Positions 1 through 12,533 of a DNA stretch of 64,000 nt are shown here, in pieces. The notes beneath the pieces were generated by a model. It made no database searches. It was not told the origin of the DNA and saw nothing but the letters and a program-made list of their open reading frames with translations. Position 1 is the stretch's first letter. Each line of letters starts with the position of its first letter. The DNA comes from Azolla caroliniana (lineage: Eukaryota > Plantae > Polypodiophyta), in contig JBHGNT010000008.1 of assembly GCA_043228905.1 (NCBI GenBank), positions 9,548,001-9,612,000 of the forward strand. Direction: 5' to 3'. The translations under genes were made by a program, and so were the position numbers.

Positions 1-460
1 TCACCGGATGAAGGGACATATTTGTAAATATGTTTCTGAGAGTCCATCGGGGCTATATTTGTAAATAGCCGAAAAGTCATATTAGTATAAATATGACTTA
101 GGGCAAACAGAGAATATAGTGTTGTTGTCATTCTTGTTGGTGCAAGACTTGAGAGCGTGTAACAGTGTATAGAGACAGAGAGAGAGGAAGAGGTCGCTGC
201 CTCTGTTGTAACGGCCGCCCGTGGCGAAGATCATGAGCACGAGGTCGTTGCGTCCGTGAGCTCACTATTGTACATTCTGATATAGTGATAGTTTGCAGTC
301 TGTGGGCTGCCGTGGTTTTTCCCTAGTTTGGGTTTTCCACGCTAACATCCTGTGTACTCCTCTCTCCATTGTGTCGTGCTTTCATTTCCCGTTTTCTGTG
401 TATGATTCTAAGCTCAATTGTGGCTGAGCGTTGCGCATAGGGAACGTGCAGTTCCTGTCT
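1..460 (+). mobile_element. 3' part of an LTR (probably Copia-type) interrupting the Gypsy RNase H region; right boundary approximate
   Basis: TATA-like TATAAATA at ~86, and the common plant LTR motif GTGGTTTTTCCC...GGTTTTCCACG at ~312-341. The minus-strand Gypsy RNase H frame (..HKARWA) ends abruptly at ~461. Confidence 0.5.
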
Positions 461-497
461 AGCCCATCGTGCCTTATGACCTTTCAGGTCTTGTTGG

Positions 498-911
498 TCA
501 CAAAAATATTTCAAGGACTTGTGGTCCGTAGTTACCACAAAGCGATTTCCATAAAGATAATGGACGCCATGTTTTGAGCGCATGTATAACTGCAAATAAT
601 TCCTTTTCTTGAACGGTATAACGACATTGAGTAGAATCGAGTTTCTTACTCTCGAATACTATTGGTTTACCATTTTGATACAAGACAACACCTATAGCAT
701 AATCGCTTGCATCGGTTTCAACCTCAAAAGGTTTTGAAGGATCAGGTAAAAGAAGTGAAGGAGCATTGCAAACCAGGTCCTTGAGTTCCTTAAAGGCGAG
801 GTCTAGTGTAGCATTCCACACAATAGGTTTTGTAGACTTACGCATTTGACCTTTTAAAAGATCAGTAAACGGCGTCGTCAATTGGGAGTAATTACGAAGA
901 GACTTTCGCAA
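498..911 (-). pseudogene. Gypsy RT-connection/RNase H fragment
   Basis: FEVETDASDYAIG and YTVQEKELFAVIHAL motifs; frameshifted relative to RT and to the downstream TDHKSL. Confidence 0.88.
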
Positions 912-935
912 AAACCCGACAAAACCAAGGAATGA

Positions 936-2276
936 TCAAACTTCTCGAATATTCCGAAGAGTGGGCCAAAGCTTGATTTTCTCAATGCGAGAAGGATCAA
1001 TTTCAACTCCTCGTTTGGTTATGAGATGTCCTAGATAAGTAATTGATTTCTTGAAGAACTCACATTTTGAGATCTTCGCATAAAACTGTTTGTCACGCAA
1101 TGTTTGTAAAACGAAGCGGACATGTCTAGCATGTTCTTTTAATGTACGGCTATAAACTAAAATATCATCCAAGAAAATAACGACAAATTTTCCAAGTTGT
1201 TCTCGGAAAATGTCATTCATTTCTTGTTGAAAAGTAGCCGGAGCATTGGTCAAACCAAAAGGCATAACCAAAAACTCGTAATGGCCATAGCGCGTATGAA
1301 ATGCCGTTTTAGGAACATCGTCCTCACTTATTCGTATTTGATGGTAGCCAATACGGAGATCAAGTTTCGTAAAATACTGAGCTCCCTGGAGACGTTCAAT
1401 TAGATCGTCAACCCGGGGCAATGGGTACGAATTCTTGATCGTCACTTTATTCAAGCGTCGGTAATTAATACACATACGCCATGTGCCCTCTTTCTTTTTT
1501 ACCAAGAGAATTGGTGCACCCCAGGGAGATTTACTATAACGTATATAACCCATTTGTAAATAGTCCTTGAGTTGCTTAGATACCTCATCTTCTTCAGATC
1601 GACTTAAGCGATACGGAGGTATACTTATTGGTGCAACACCAGGTACAATATCTATACGATGGTCTATATTACGTGTAGGAGGTAACCCATTAGGTAGTTC
1701 ACTTGGAAAAACATCATGAAAATCATTTAAGATTTCATCAAGTTGTTGTTCAAAATATGTTAATTGAACTGGGACATTATCGATATTGTAAACGTGAATG
1801 TCCAGATCAAGTACAAAATAAAATAACGTAGAACAAGACAACTCGGATTTTGATGAACACAAGGAAACAATCGAGAGGGATTGTTTTTTGATACATTGAA
1901 TAAAATGCGTCAAATCGTTTAGTACAAAAGAAATGGAATGGCGAACCCAATCAATAAATAAAGAAGAGTTTTTATTATAAAACCAGGGATAACCTAGTAT
2001 TACATCGGTGGTACAAAGATTCATTACATGGAAGTCTACTTCCTCTATATAAGTATCAATAGAAATTCCTAATGAATGAATCGCCCCGTTGATGTATTGT
2101 ACTCTTCCATCAGCCAAGTGCACCGTGTAGGTGTGATCATTTACGGTGGGTTGGATTCCCCATGTCTGAACCAAACAATCATTCACAAAATTGTGTAAGC
2201 TTTCCAAATCAAATAAAAATTGTACAGGAGATCCATTGATATACCCGTTTGCACGTAGTAAATCATTGGGACCCAA
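936..2276 (-). pseudogene. Gypsy pol: degenerate aspartic protease + reverse transcriptase
   Basis: [40 protein letters not shown] and [11 protein letters not shown]. The protease site has decayed ([12 protein letters not shown]). Confidence 0.92.
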
Positions 2277-2459
2277 TACATAGTGAGGGAAAGAACATTG
2301 AAAATTACTTAAATGATGTGTATAGACCTGAAGGACATTAGGAATCTGACCTTTATGGTCTGAAGCTTTAGGTTTGTTGTCGTGCTCTTTCCGTTGGAGC
2401 TTTCGACATTGCTCTTTTGTGTGACCCTTCTTTTTGCAGAATACGCAAAAAGGATGTTG

Positions 2460-3284
2460 TCACTTACAATCGCAATCCAGGAATTCGTTGGGTGTCTTGC
2501 GTTTCCCAACAAATTGCGACTGCTTAGTCCCGGGCACTTCGTTGGGTTTGTTGTGGTCATTCTTCGAACTGCGTTGATAGCGAAGAACTATTTCAACGGC
2601 CTCTTCGAAGGATTTTGGATCCTTATCGTGCACTATCCAGTGATAGTCCGAATTGGGGATGCCATTGACAAAACAAGCTATCAACCAATTGTCCCCTTCT
2701 AGACCCGACTTTTGGATTTGGGTTCTAGCATGATGAACATAGTCTTCTAGTGAGGAAAATTTCCTGCTAGAGAGGTTCATTAAAGCTTGTGCTGCCTCGG
2801 TTCGAGAGGGAGGTTGCAGAAATTGGCCCTTAAAAACCGTGACAAAATCTGTCCAGGTATCGGGCAATTTCCCCATAGTACGGAGCCCACGCCACTAGGC
2901 AGCGGCCTTACCCCCGAGTTCTCGACCGACATATGCAATCTTCGTACTATCTGGCGTGGGATAGAGCTCAAAATGAGACTCCCATCGTCCCAGCCATGTG
3001 CAGATTGCTTCTTCGGTTTTTTCCTTTTTGTCTCTCGTAAATGGCTTAACGACAAATGATGGTTCACCTTGTCGCTCATCAGGTCTATTACTCTCACGTT
3101 GTGAATTAATGACACGTGCCTCAAGAGCACTCTGAGATTGCCGAAGTTCGGTCATTTGTTGAGTGGTGAAACTAAGGTATTGGCTTATTTGTGCCAAATA
3201 CATCTCAGTGGACATTTGTCCAGGAGGATTCCCTTGAGTTCCTTCCGCTTGAGCGGATGACATCGGGTCATTAATTTGAGTCAT
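2460..3284 (-). pseudogene. Gypsy gag (two in-frame pieces split by a stop)
   Basis: ORFs 2895-3284 and 2460-2876 in the same frame; WTDFVTVFKGQF and FVNGI retrotransposon-gag-like motifs upstream of pol. Confidence 0.75.
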
Positions 3285-4473
3285 TAAAGATTATTTCTGG
3301 AAAAGAAATAGGATAAGGTCAGAGAGATAGTCATAACATCATGTCGTGATGTAAACATATCATGGGCAAACATTAATCGATATCATGATCTCACGTCAAT
3401 ACCCCTCTAGACGTATGAGATGAGGTTCAAGATCAGGTTACTATGGTAACACAAAGGTGTTTTAAAAACCATGGGGGTGACAATTTAATGTTTTTCCCTC
3501 ATCTCTATATCGATATTTTCATGGCGGCTCCCCGAGGCTCAACCATGTATGTTCGCGTCATGAGTAGTTTATACACGAAAAAAATGTTAACAATAAACTA
3601 TGTTTCTTTGCCCACATATGTGGTTTCGGCTCTTTAAGTCCTATTACGAGGACCCCGAGGTGCACTTAGACCTTAAGTCTAAACATGTGTTATAGTCATA
3701 TGTATCAAGGATGTTGTATGGTCTTGGTCATATTTGAACTCGAGACCTCGAGAACAAATACATTAACCACTTGAGCCAACCAAGTAAGTTGCTCTTCTCG
3801 AATGCTTAATGTTTGATGCGTATAAGAGATATGCGAGGCATTTGATCATATATGTTTTTTTTAAAAGAACATATATTTCAAGGGTCCTTATTTCGCCCTC
3901 ATTTACCAAAATTATGTTGGTACGTTACCTAACCTCAAGTCTCGTAATTACGATGGCATACGCCAAAGTGCAACCTAATGGTCAAGCCAAATGAGCCCTC
4001 GTTTCGTAGTAGGCCCACGTGGCCCATCACATGGTCACGTCATTACGAATGCCTCTCGTAAGAACGAGCTCATGGTGGCATCGTATCCATGTAATAAGGG
4101 AGAGATGTTGGATACGTTTGTCATTGGAGCGACCTCACTTGAAGTGGGTCAAGCCCTACGTACTCAACATCATTATGGCTATAGGCGTTTCTTTACGTAA
4201 CGAAATCGAGGTCATCAACGGGGTTGTCAACAATAAAAAATTGTTGAAAAAGGGATGGTGACAACGCCATTCTCACAAAAATGTGAGGACGGCCACCAAC
4301 ATCCTTTTCCCGACAAGGACAACGTTCGATATAATCACGTAATAACGAATATACACATATGTTTACTTATCACATATATACGATCAAATACGTATATACG
4401 TGACCACATATGCCTATATTAAACATATCGTTATATTAAATAACCACAAATGATGTGATCGAGATACGTAATC

Positions 4474-4716
4474 GAGGTATATACCTCTACGCACACGAAA
4501 CATCCACAAATAAGAGATCATCGTAATACGCAATTGAGGTTTTGACCTCTTAGGCATACGAGACCAAATGCATATCCTTTACAACAAATCAAGGTATTAA
4601 ACTCATACGCAAACGTAACATATGTTTGTGAACGTAATACGTAATTGAGGTATTAACCTCGTACGCATACGACACTCATCACATATTATTTATATGTCAA
4701 ACGAGGTATTGACCTC
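4474..4716. repeat. Five ~55-62-bp spaced units with palindromic core GAGGT-N4-ACCTC in the Gypsy 5' leader
   Basis: Cores at 4474, 4536, 4591 (degenerate), 4647 and 4703. Confidence 0.7.
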
Positions 4717-4960
4717 GTGCACATATGTAAACGTTTTAGATAATCAATTAAAGACCACTACAACATCATTGGCTTAATGAAAAAAATGACATATAAACTA
4801 AACACATGATTAGATGGGAGAAGAGAGAATAGAAAAAAAAAATTACGGAAAGAGTTACCGAAGTTCTTTGTTGATCGTTGTCTGGATCAAGGCTGACCGC
4901 ACATCGATCGATCACCATCAATCAAAAGACAAAAGACAAACAAAGAAACATTAGTACATA

Positions 4961-4972
4961 ACTCTGATACCA
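4961..4972 (-). promoter_or_regulatory. Primer-binding site (tRNA-iMet)
   Basis: Reverse complement TGGTATCAGAGT, 2 nt inside the LTR. Confidence 0.85.
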
Positions 4973-4974
4973 AA

Positions 4975-5430
4975 TATTAGAGATCTAGGTACTAAAGTAA
5001 GCTTAAGATAAGGATAAACTAATGATAGATAGAAAGGAGAAAGGGAAAGAAGGGTGCCGATCCACCCGACCATCCCCGAGCGAAGGGATCGAGACGGACT
5101 CGAGCCTCGATCGGCGTCCCATACCACCGCCGTGGCGTCGAGTCGTACCTGGTGCTGGCGCACTCGCTACAAGAGTTGACCCACCACAAGAGCAGAGTCT
5201 CGATGTAGTCAAAAAGATGATCAAATGAGGGTAGCTAGGCCTCTTATTTATAGCGATACCCAAGGCCCCCAAGCAAGTTCACACTTGACCTAATGGGTTG
5301 TCTCAATCCCGAGGATTAAAAGTAATCCTCCCCTTCTTTACACTCTCGTTTAACCCTCACACTTATCCACGTGTATAGAATACTACGGTAAATTCTCACC
5401 ACGGGATATTAAATGGTCATGCCCGTAACA
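4975..5430 (-). repeat. 5' LTR of the Gypsy element
   Basis: Minus strand begins TGTTACGGG (5430), has CTATAAATAAG at ~5243-5253, and ends CTAATA (CA>TA) next to the PBS. Confidence 0.8.
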
Positions 5431-5477
5431 TTTTCAGTCTAAGATTTGCCATGGAACTGTCCCACAAGCGTGTCATG

Positions 5478-5764
5478 TGTTACCCATAGGAGTGTACGGG
5501 GCAATGTAAGGGTCAAACGGGATAAAGGGGTTGTGGTATATATGTGTAATGTATACGATTGTGAGTGAGGATAAATATGTGTATGAACACATGCACAATT
5601 ATGTGCATGTGTACAAGAATGTAACGGTCTTTTTGTAACAATCACATTATGTAACCATTATAGTATGTACTATATAAACCCCGATGGGGCATGTAATGAG
5701 ATATACAAATTTTCCCTCTCACTTTGTGACATTTCTTTGTTTTTCTCTCCTTCTCTCTCTCTCA
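5478..5764 (+). mobile_element. Truncated 3' LTR of a Gypsy family related to the 37-47 kb element
   Basis: Preceded by TGTCCCACAAGCGTGTCATG|TGTTAC, matching TGTCCCACGGGCGTGCCATG|TGTTAC at 46499-46524; TATAAA at ~5673. Confidence 0.55.
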
Positions 5765-6506
5765 ATGACAGATGATACAAAGCGGTGGATCATACTCGAA
5801 AATAGTTGGGTATACCTCAAAGGTACGCAATGCTTTGTGACTGAAAATCCTACTATCTCACAACAAAATGCTCGTCATAAAGCATATGAAGAAAGATTGA
5901 AAAATAAGGCTAAGGATGTGCCGAAAGATGGAAATGTAGGAAAATAGGGACACATGACCTATGAAACTAACCCACGCCTTTTACGACTATGCTTTTGGAA
6001 TTGCAATGGATACCCATGGAACGCGGAATTTGGCATAGAGGAGTTCACCGATGACTCGGATATCACACTTCTTGTTGAAACATGGGAAGCACGATACACA
6101 AAGGATTCAAGGTTTAGGAAACTATAATGTACACTCTTTGATATGGAAGAAATATCCAAGACAAAGAAGAGGACAAGGAGGGGTGACATGTTTGATTAAG
6201 AAGGAAATAGAGAAATATGTGTCAATCATAAAAATGATGAACATAAATGCTACATATGGCTCAAAATAGAAACACCTAATGATTTGCCCACTTTTGTCGT
6301 TGGATGTTACATTCCTCATTAAGATTCTTACTTTTATGCTTGTTTGGATAAAGATCAACCTTTTGCCAATCTAGAAGATGATATTGCTTATTTCAAATCC
6401 AAAGGGGAAGTTATTGTCTTTGGTGACATGAATGCTCGTACAAGAAGTTTCCAACTTGATTCAAAAGAATCTTTCAAGCCACATATCTCAAGGATGCAAG
6501 AAGATA
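5765..6506 (+). pseudogene. LINE fragment: ORF1 end and ORF2 AP-endonuclease N-terminus (degenerate)
   Basis: LCFWNCNG (~5987), LLVETW and FGDMNART (~6419) endonuclease motifs; frameshifted; cut by an LTR at ~6509. Confidence 0.72.
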
Positions 6507-7659
6507 TGTGTTGTAGGTTTTAGGGTTAGGGTAGAGGATGAGGATGAATGGTAATGGTGTAATAGTGAAAATGATGGAGAGTATAAAGGTGAGAGAGATC
6601 ATGAAGAACAAGACAAGCATTGAGGGGTGGGGGGTGGTACTTAGAATGGCTCCACCCCCCTCCCAAGGGGGTTCAACGTTAAGGGGGAGAGAGAGAGAGA
6701 GAGAAATGATCATTGTATTCATTCATTCCCCATAAGGGGTTAAATAGGTACAAAGGGGTAGATCCACAATGGTGCAAGCCCCCTTGGCATTCACACATCG
6801 TCACTCACTCACACCTCTTTGTATCCACCACACTCACACTTACATTCACACTCATAATCGTATAACATTACACATACATATCAACACATTACATCTTTCA
6901 CCCTCACTTATCACACTTATCAATTACCCATACATCTCATCGTACAGTAACACTATTGATTAAGAGCTAGAGCTTCCTCTCCTCCTTGTAACCTTTAAGC
7001 TTAAGAGAGATTAGTGAGGTGTTTAGTTAGAGGACACTAATCTCTCTTCCTTGTTGGTGCTAGACCTCTTAGCAAAGAGGGTTAATAAACATATTCATTA
7101 CTCTTATTGCCTATATTCATTACCCTATTGTCTATGAGAGTGAGCTTGAGAGAGTGAGAGAGAGATCGTGCTTAATCATCTAATAATCGTTAAGTAAGTG
7201 TGAGGCTCGGAGGTGTCTGACAACCATCTCCACCCGATTCACCATCAAAAGGGTATACGCCGATCCGAGCTTCACAAACGACATCGAGGAGTTAACTCCG
7301 TTGATATATAGATCCTACACATCTATTTGGCGTCGTTGCCGGGGATACGACCGACGCTTGAAGCCGACTTCTAGTGATCAAACACTCGTAGGCAACCCAC
7401 TTAATGAGGGAAGAAATCGAAAGGAAACCACCATTTGTGTTAATTAAAATTCTCATTATTTAACATTTTCATTAAGTTAATTTTATGTTTTGTTTTTAGT
7501 TTTAATTTTCTCCCCCTTAATCGCCCGGACATTAACAAGCTTTTTGTCCGGTTAACACTAAGCATTTTTGAGATTTAGCCGTTGCAGGGCAAGAATAATC
7601 ATCGCGATTCTCGCTGATTACGATCATCCTACGGGACACAAAACGGTCGTTGGTGCCAA

Positions 7660-8005
7660 AAAAATTCAAATTTCCCGCTCAAAGTTCGTCGAAAGATCAA
7701 GTTCGACAAGAGACCATCTTTCGACGAAAGATCAGAGTTCAATAAGGGAAGCATCTTTTCACGAAAGATCAAAGTTTGCCAAACCCACATCTTTCGACAA
7801 ACCCGTAAAGCTTGAAAACGGAAGATCATCCTTCGTCGAAAGATCAGAGTTCGTTAAGGGGAGCATCTTTCGACGAAAGATCAAAATCCGCCAAACCCAC
7901 ATCTTTCGACGAAAGATCAAAGTCTGCTAAACCCACATCTTTCGACAAAAGATCAAAGTTTGCCAAACCCACAAAGTTCGACGAACCTGCAAAGCTTGAC
8001 AAGAG
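7660..8005 (+). repeat. Tandem ~36-bp degenerate array (TCGACGAAAGATCAAAGTTTGCCAAACCCACATCTT)
   Basis: Repeated units visible directly in the element leader. Confidence 0.8.
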
Positions 8006-10178
8006 AACATGGTCGGATCCTCATGGACTGGGATGTTCAAAACCCGACCCACACTCTAGGAGGGTTCACACAAACCAACCAAACACACGGTGCTGACCCA
8101 TCTAACCCGACTTGATACCACAGAGGGTGATTAACCCTAGGGACGCTAGCAAACATGAACCTCCCATCAAGCCTAGCAACCAAAGCACCTCTCAACACAC
8201 CCCCACTACAGGAGATCCCAATGGCAGCGACACATACGGGATGCCGCACAAGAGTTACATGTGATAGAACAAGAAATCAATATATGGACGATGCAACTCG
8301 CGAAAGGGGGACAACCGGAAATCATCACCCAAGATATTGAAGCCGCTTTGGCATAAAGTAATGACATGTTCACGTGACTACAACAAAAACTTAACCTCCT
8401 AGAAGCATCGCCACATATGCACCGTCGAGACCGCGAGCCCAGCCCTGCACCGCATTCGAGCACAACGGGCAACAGCCCAAACGAAGCACACGCGCGACAA
8501 CCCTTGACACTGTCGCGTATGGACATGACCCCTACACCCGACCAAACTACCTCAAATGCCGAACTCGCACTAGCATTACAATCCATCCAAACCCTCGTGG
8601 CATTGATGGAAAAAGAATGAGCACCTACGGACAATTCGAGAAACCCCACAAACGACAACAGGAAGAACGCGTCCATTTCTAAACTAGTACCTCGTTTCCT
8701 CGGTTTCGGTGACGCATATGACCACATAGAGAGGTTCAAGCAAATATGTCGAGCTTATGAACCCCTCACAGAGACCACCAAAGTAGCCGCATTCAGACTT
8801 ACATGCGACGACCAAACCGGAATTTGGTTTAGGATCTTGAATGAGGACATCGTCACGGACTTCGAGTATGTCATCGAAGATTTCTTATAATAAACTTCAC
8901 TCGTTGAGGGAATAAATGGAACCCGATTGACCAACTTTTCGCCCTCAAGCAAGAAGCGAATGAGATTGTCAGGGACTACATATGCCGCACAAAAAGCCGT
9001 CACCATCGTTGTAGCCCGAGCGACAAGATGTCAGATGATAAATTGATGAGCCGCTTCATCAATGGGTTGTTTGACCCGACACTCCAAAATTTCTTGATTG
9101 CCAAGATGTGTCGGTCATTTGCTGAAGCTTGCACGGTAGTGATGACGTTCGAAGATTCAATGAGTGGGTTACGGATACCCACACAAGCGCCTACGAACGA
9201 TCGTGAGAAGCCCTCAGATGCCACTCCACCCATGCCGCCGAGACCACCCTGTATAGAAAGACCCTAAGCATATGCCCAAAGAGAAAATGTAAGGTGCACA
9301 GTGTGCCATGGCCATCACACGAGGCATGAATGCCCCCTCCTCCACCAACGGTGGCCTCAATACTATAAGTGGTGCAAAGCCTTCGTGATGCATTCTCAAG
9401 AGAACTGTTGGCAAGCCCCAAACGGAAGGTATGGCCAAACACCAATGGTCGAGCACCCACGATCACCTCCACCCTTAGCCACTCACAACTACCAGCAATA
9501 CTTCCCCAACAACCCCAACTACCACGCATCGGAGCTCGCCTCGCCGAACTAGAATACGCCACTGATAACCAAACCCAAGTTGGAGGGGGTGCCCCCGAAT
9601 ATGAAGACTCATACTGGGAGTACGATGTTGAAGAAGAGCTTCTTTCCCACTTTGTGGACTTTGAAGGCGACCAAATACCAGTGTATGTCTTGAGAGGAGA
9701 ACAGAGGGGCCCGTCAATGGGATATCGCAACAACAATGGTCTAAGAAGGTCATAATTGAAAGGCTTCAATTGCCAAGGCCCACACATGGTTAGCGAGTGC
9801 CCAAGCAAACATGAGTACTACAACCAGATGGCACAATGACCACGACACCCCCCACTCGAAACACCCCCACAACCACCGATGCAAAGTCTCACCGAACAGT
9901 CACATGACCTTATCAAGTGGTTCCAAAGAGAAGCATCATGCCCACGTTGTGGTAAAGAACGCTTAGTACTTGATTGCCCAGAAAAAAAGAAACGAATTGG
10001 CACGAATCTGTTATTTATTGTACCATCAACGGTTGGCGCCAACGTCATCACACGAGCTCAAAGAGTAGCTCATAACTTAAAGTGTCACGACCAAGGCCTC
10101 CCCACGACTACGCGTAAGAAACGAAAATCCAAAAAAAATGCATCCACAAAGACCGCAAAGCAAGATCAAGAACCTGAG

Positions 10179-10605
10179 ACCCGTGATGTGTTGGTGTAAT
10201 GGTAATGGAGGGACGCTCCAACCGCTAGGTTGGTAGCGGTTGGAGGTTCGAGTCTCCCCACACCAACATACATGTGGTACCTAAGAAAGGGTGGTTTGTG
10301 CCCGTAAGTGATGATGACGCAGATGGTGACAGTGAAGGGCGGTTTGTGCCCGTAAGTGGCGACGACGTAGATGGTGATGGTGAAGGGCGGTTTGTGCCCG
10401 TAAGTGACGACGACAAAGATATTGACGGTGACAACAATGACGGTTTCGACGACCTGTGCATGTATCTCACTCGTACCATTCAGTACACCCCCTGATGGAC
10501 TATGTACTGCTAATAAAACATGACTTCGTGTGAGTTGTAGCCTTTGGGTGAGCCAAAGATAAAAGAATAAATACTAAAGTAGTATCTCTAAAATAGAAAA
10601 AAAAA
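10179..10605 (+). mobile_element. tRNA-derived SINE with internal 48-bp tandem repeats
   Basis: 17-bp TSD AAGATCAAGAACCTGAG (10162-10178 and 10606-10622); A box TGGTGTAATGGT ~10192; B box GGTTCGAGTC 10245-10254; A-tail at ~10591-10607. Confidence 0.8.
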
Positions 10606-10948
10606 AAGATCAAGAACCTGAGGGAGACGTAGAAACGATACCTGTCAACCCTAACCAAGAGTTGCCAACACACGTAGCAACATACACAAACCCAGTGGCT
10701 GAAAAACAAATGGTCGAAGAGTACATCAAACTTATACGCCACGAATAGTTCGAAGGGTCACTTAGTCTCCCGAGCCTAAACTTCGACCAACTCGGAGAAT
10801 GGGTAAATCAGTTGGAGTCACAAGTGAAGCAGTCGGAGCCGAAGATGCAGCAGTAGACGGTGAATGAAGAAGAATGACTGGAGCCAATGGACCAAAGTAT
10901 CCTGGACATACTTGACGAGCAGTGAAGGAGCAGTGAAGGCGTGCCATG

Positions 10949-11413
10949 TGTTGGGAAAAGAAAGAGTATGATCTGGAGGCAGAGGTGTGAATCAGTGGAT
11001 AAAGCCGGAGAGATATAGTATATTATAGATAATTTGTATTAAGGAAATGATGGATCTGGACGGATGTACCAATCCGGATCCACACCATTTTGTAATCGGG
11101 TAACCGGATGAGGCATTGTTTTGTACCCATACCGGATGCCTATATAAAGGATCCAGATTGATGTATGAATTACGGAAGTAATGGGAGTAACATAATTATT
11201 GATTGTCTATCTTGTGTACTTGTCGTCTGTGCTTGTCTTTCTTAATCTTACGCGTGTAATTCATTGCCATATATGGTGTATGTGTTCCGGAACATAACCA
11301 TATAATTATACTTATACGTATGCATTAATCCATCTCTCCAACCACACCTTTGGAGGCGTATTCTGGAAGGGGATACCTTGTGTTTGCGGCTAGAGTCCAG
11401 CCCAGGAATAACA
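10949..11413 (+). mobile_element. 3' LTR (with short upstream internal piece from ~10750) of a family related to the 37-47 kb Gypsy
   Basis: GGCGTGCCATG|TGTT junction; shares GATCTGGACGGAT, TCTTACGCGTGTAATT, CACCTTTGG and ACCTTGTGTT blocks with LTR 37098-37516; ends ..AATAACA. Confidence 0.7.
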
Positions 11414-12001
11414 ACTAATCATTATAAACGAGTACAGATTATTGTACTTGCCGCCATAGCTGAGTTTGATGACTCACTTGCTATCGTCATGTACCCATCT
11501 TTGGCTAGCATGCCAATGGAGTCCAGACTCCTTTTGAGATCGGGTAAGTGCTGGACACAATGCAGGGTGACGATATTGCCATTAGGCAGCCGAATTGTGA
11601 TCTCGCTGATTCTTGAGATTCGGCACTCTTGCCCGTTGCCAAGTCGGAATATGCGGTTGGCTCTAGCCGAATAGTCCAAAAACCATTCGTGGTGAGGGGT
11701 CACATGGAATGTGGCTCCTAAATCGAGTAGCCACATTCGTACATCTTGTGCACTATACATGATCTTGCTAGTTGAATATCCTTTGAGTGAGAGGACTTCT
11801 CCTAACCGGGATTCGGCAACGTTAATTTGGTTGTCAGACGGACGACGATTTTTAGAGGATCCTACATCCCGATCGAATTTTCGACCATTCCCCTTTTGGT
11901 TGATCGACCAGTAGGTAGCAATGCTATGGCCGGCCTTCCTGCAATGTGTGCAGTAGGCATTCAGTTTGCCGTTCCGCGACTTCGACCGTGGATGATCATT
12001 T

Positions 12002-12533
12002 TGTTAGAAATCGACCGGCCACAACCGGTTTCACGTTCGTATTCATGTGCAGAGAACAATAATTAGTACACAGACAGAAAAACGTAAAGACACAGAGACA
12101 CCGATATTTTACGTGGAAAACCCGAAATGGGAAAAACCACGGGGGTCCACAAACCCCAAGAAAACATACCACTATAGTAGAGAGGAAGTACAAATACGGA
12201 ACTCGGAGGTAGCGACCTCGAGTTCTCCTTCGTCTGACAGATGGCTACAGAGTTACACTCTCAGTCTCTCACTCACGGTTACAGAGCCAACAACCTCGTT
12301 CAAAACTTTTTAATAGTGATAAACTATCACACTCTAATAGTTTGCCCTAGTCACTTATAAACAAAAACAACTTTCTAGCTATTTACAAGTGTAGCCCACA
12401 AGGGGCATTTTAGACTATTTACAATTATACTCTTCCAATACGATTTCGATTTTCGGTTTCGGTTTCGGCCTCGGCTGAGATACTCACCAACACAGTCCTT
12501 CTCTTCCCATCCGAAGGGACATGTTTCCCAACA
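12002..12533 (-). mobile_element. Solo LTR (Copia-type) with 5-bp TSD
   Basis: TGTTAG...CCAACA termini; TSD CATTT at 11997-12001 and 12534-12538; GTGGTTTTTCCC..GGGTTTTCCACG motif on the minus strand. Confidence 0.85.

Larger units (their letters stand above)
461..5430 (-). mobile_element. Ty3/Gypsy retrotransposon (chromovirus-like RT), 5' LTR-gag-PR-RT-RH, degenerate and truncated by an insertion
   Basis: LTR 4975-5430, iMet PBS 4961-4972, long leader, gag fragments 2460-3284, PR-RT 936-2276, RNase H 498-911. Confidence 0.9.
6509..10750 (+). mobile_element. Athila-like Ty3/Gypsy remnant: LTR, PBS, repeat-bearing leader, decayed gag; no pol
   Basis: LTR TGTTGTAGG (6509)...CCTACACA (7321); PBS TGGCGTCGTTGCCGGGGA 7328-7345 (tRNA-Asp type as in Athila); gag remnants DAYDHIERFKQIC, LMSRFINGLFDP and zinc knuckle CTVCHGHHTRHEC. 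Confidence 0.72.

Noticed and set aside
4474-4716. CRISPR array (palindromic repeats at regular spacing)
   Set aside because: Cores are only 14 bp and degenerate, linkers resemble one another, and the array lies inside a retrotransposon leader.
7568-8096. ORFs with KPTSFDERSK repeats
   Set aside because: Translation of a 36-bp tandem DNA repeat in a TE leader; no evidence of coding.
10185-10270. Functional tRNA gene
   Set aside because: No canonical D or anticodon arms; TSD and A-tail indicate a SINE head.
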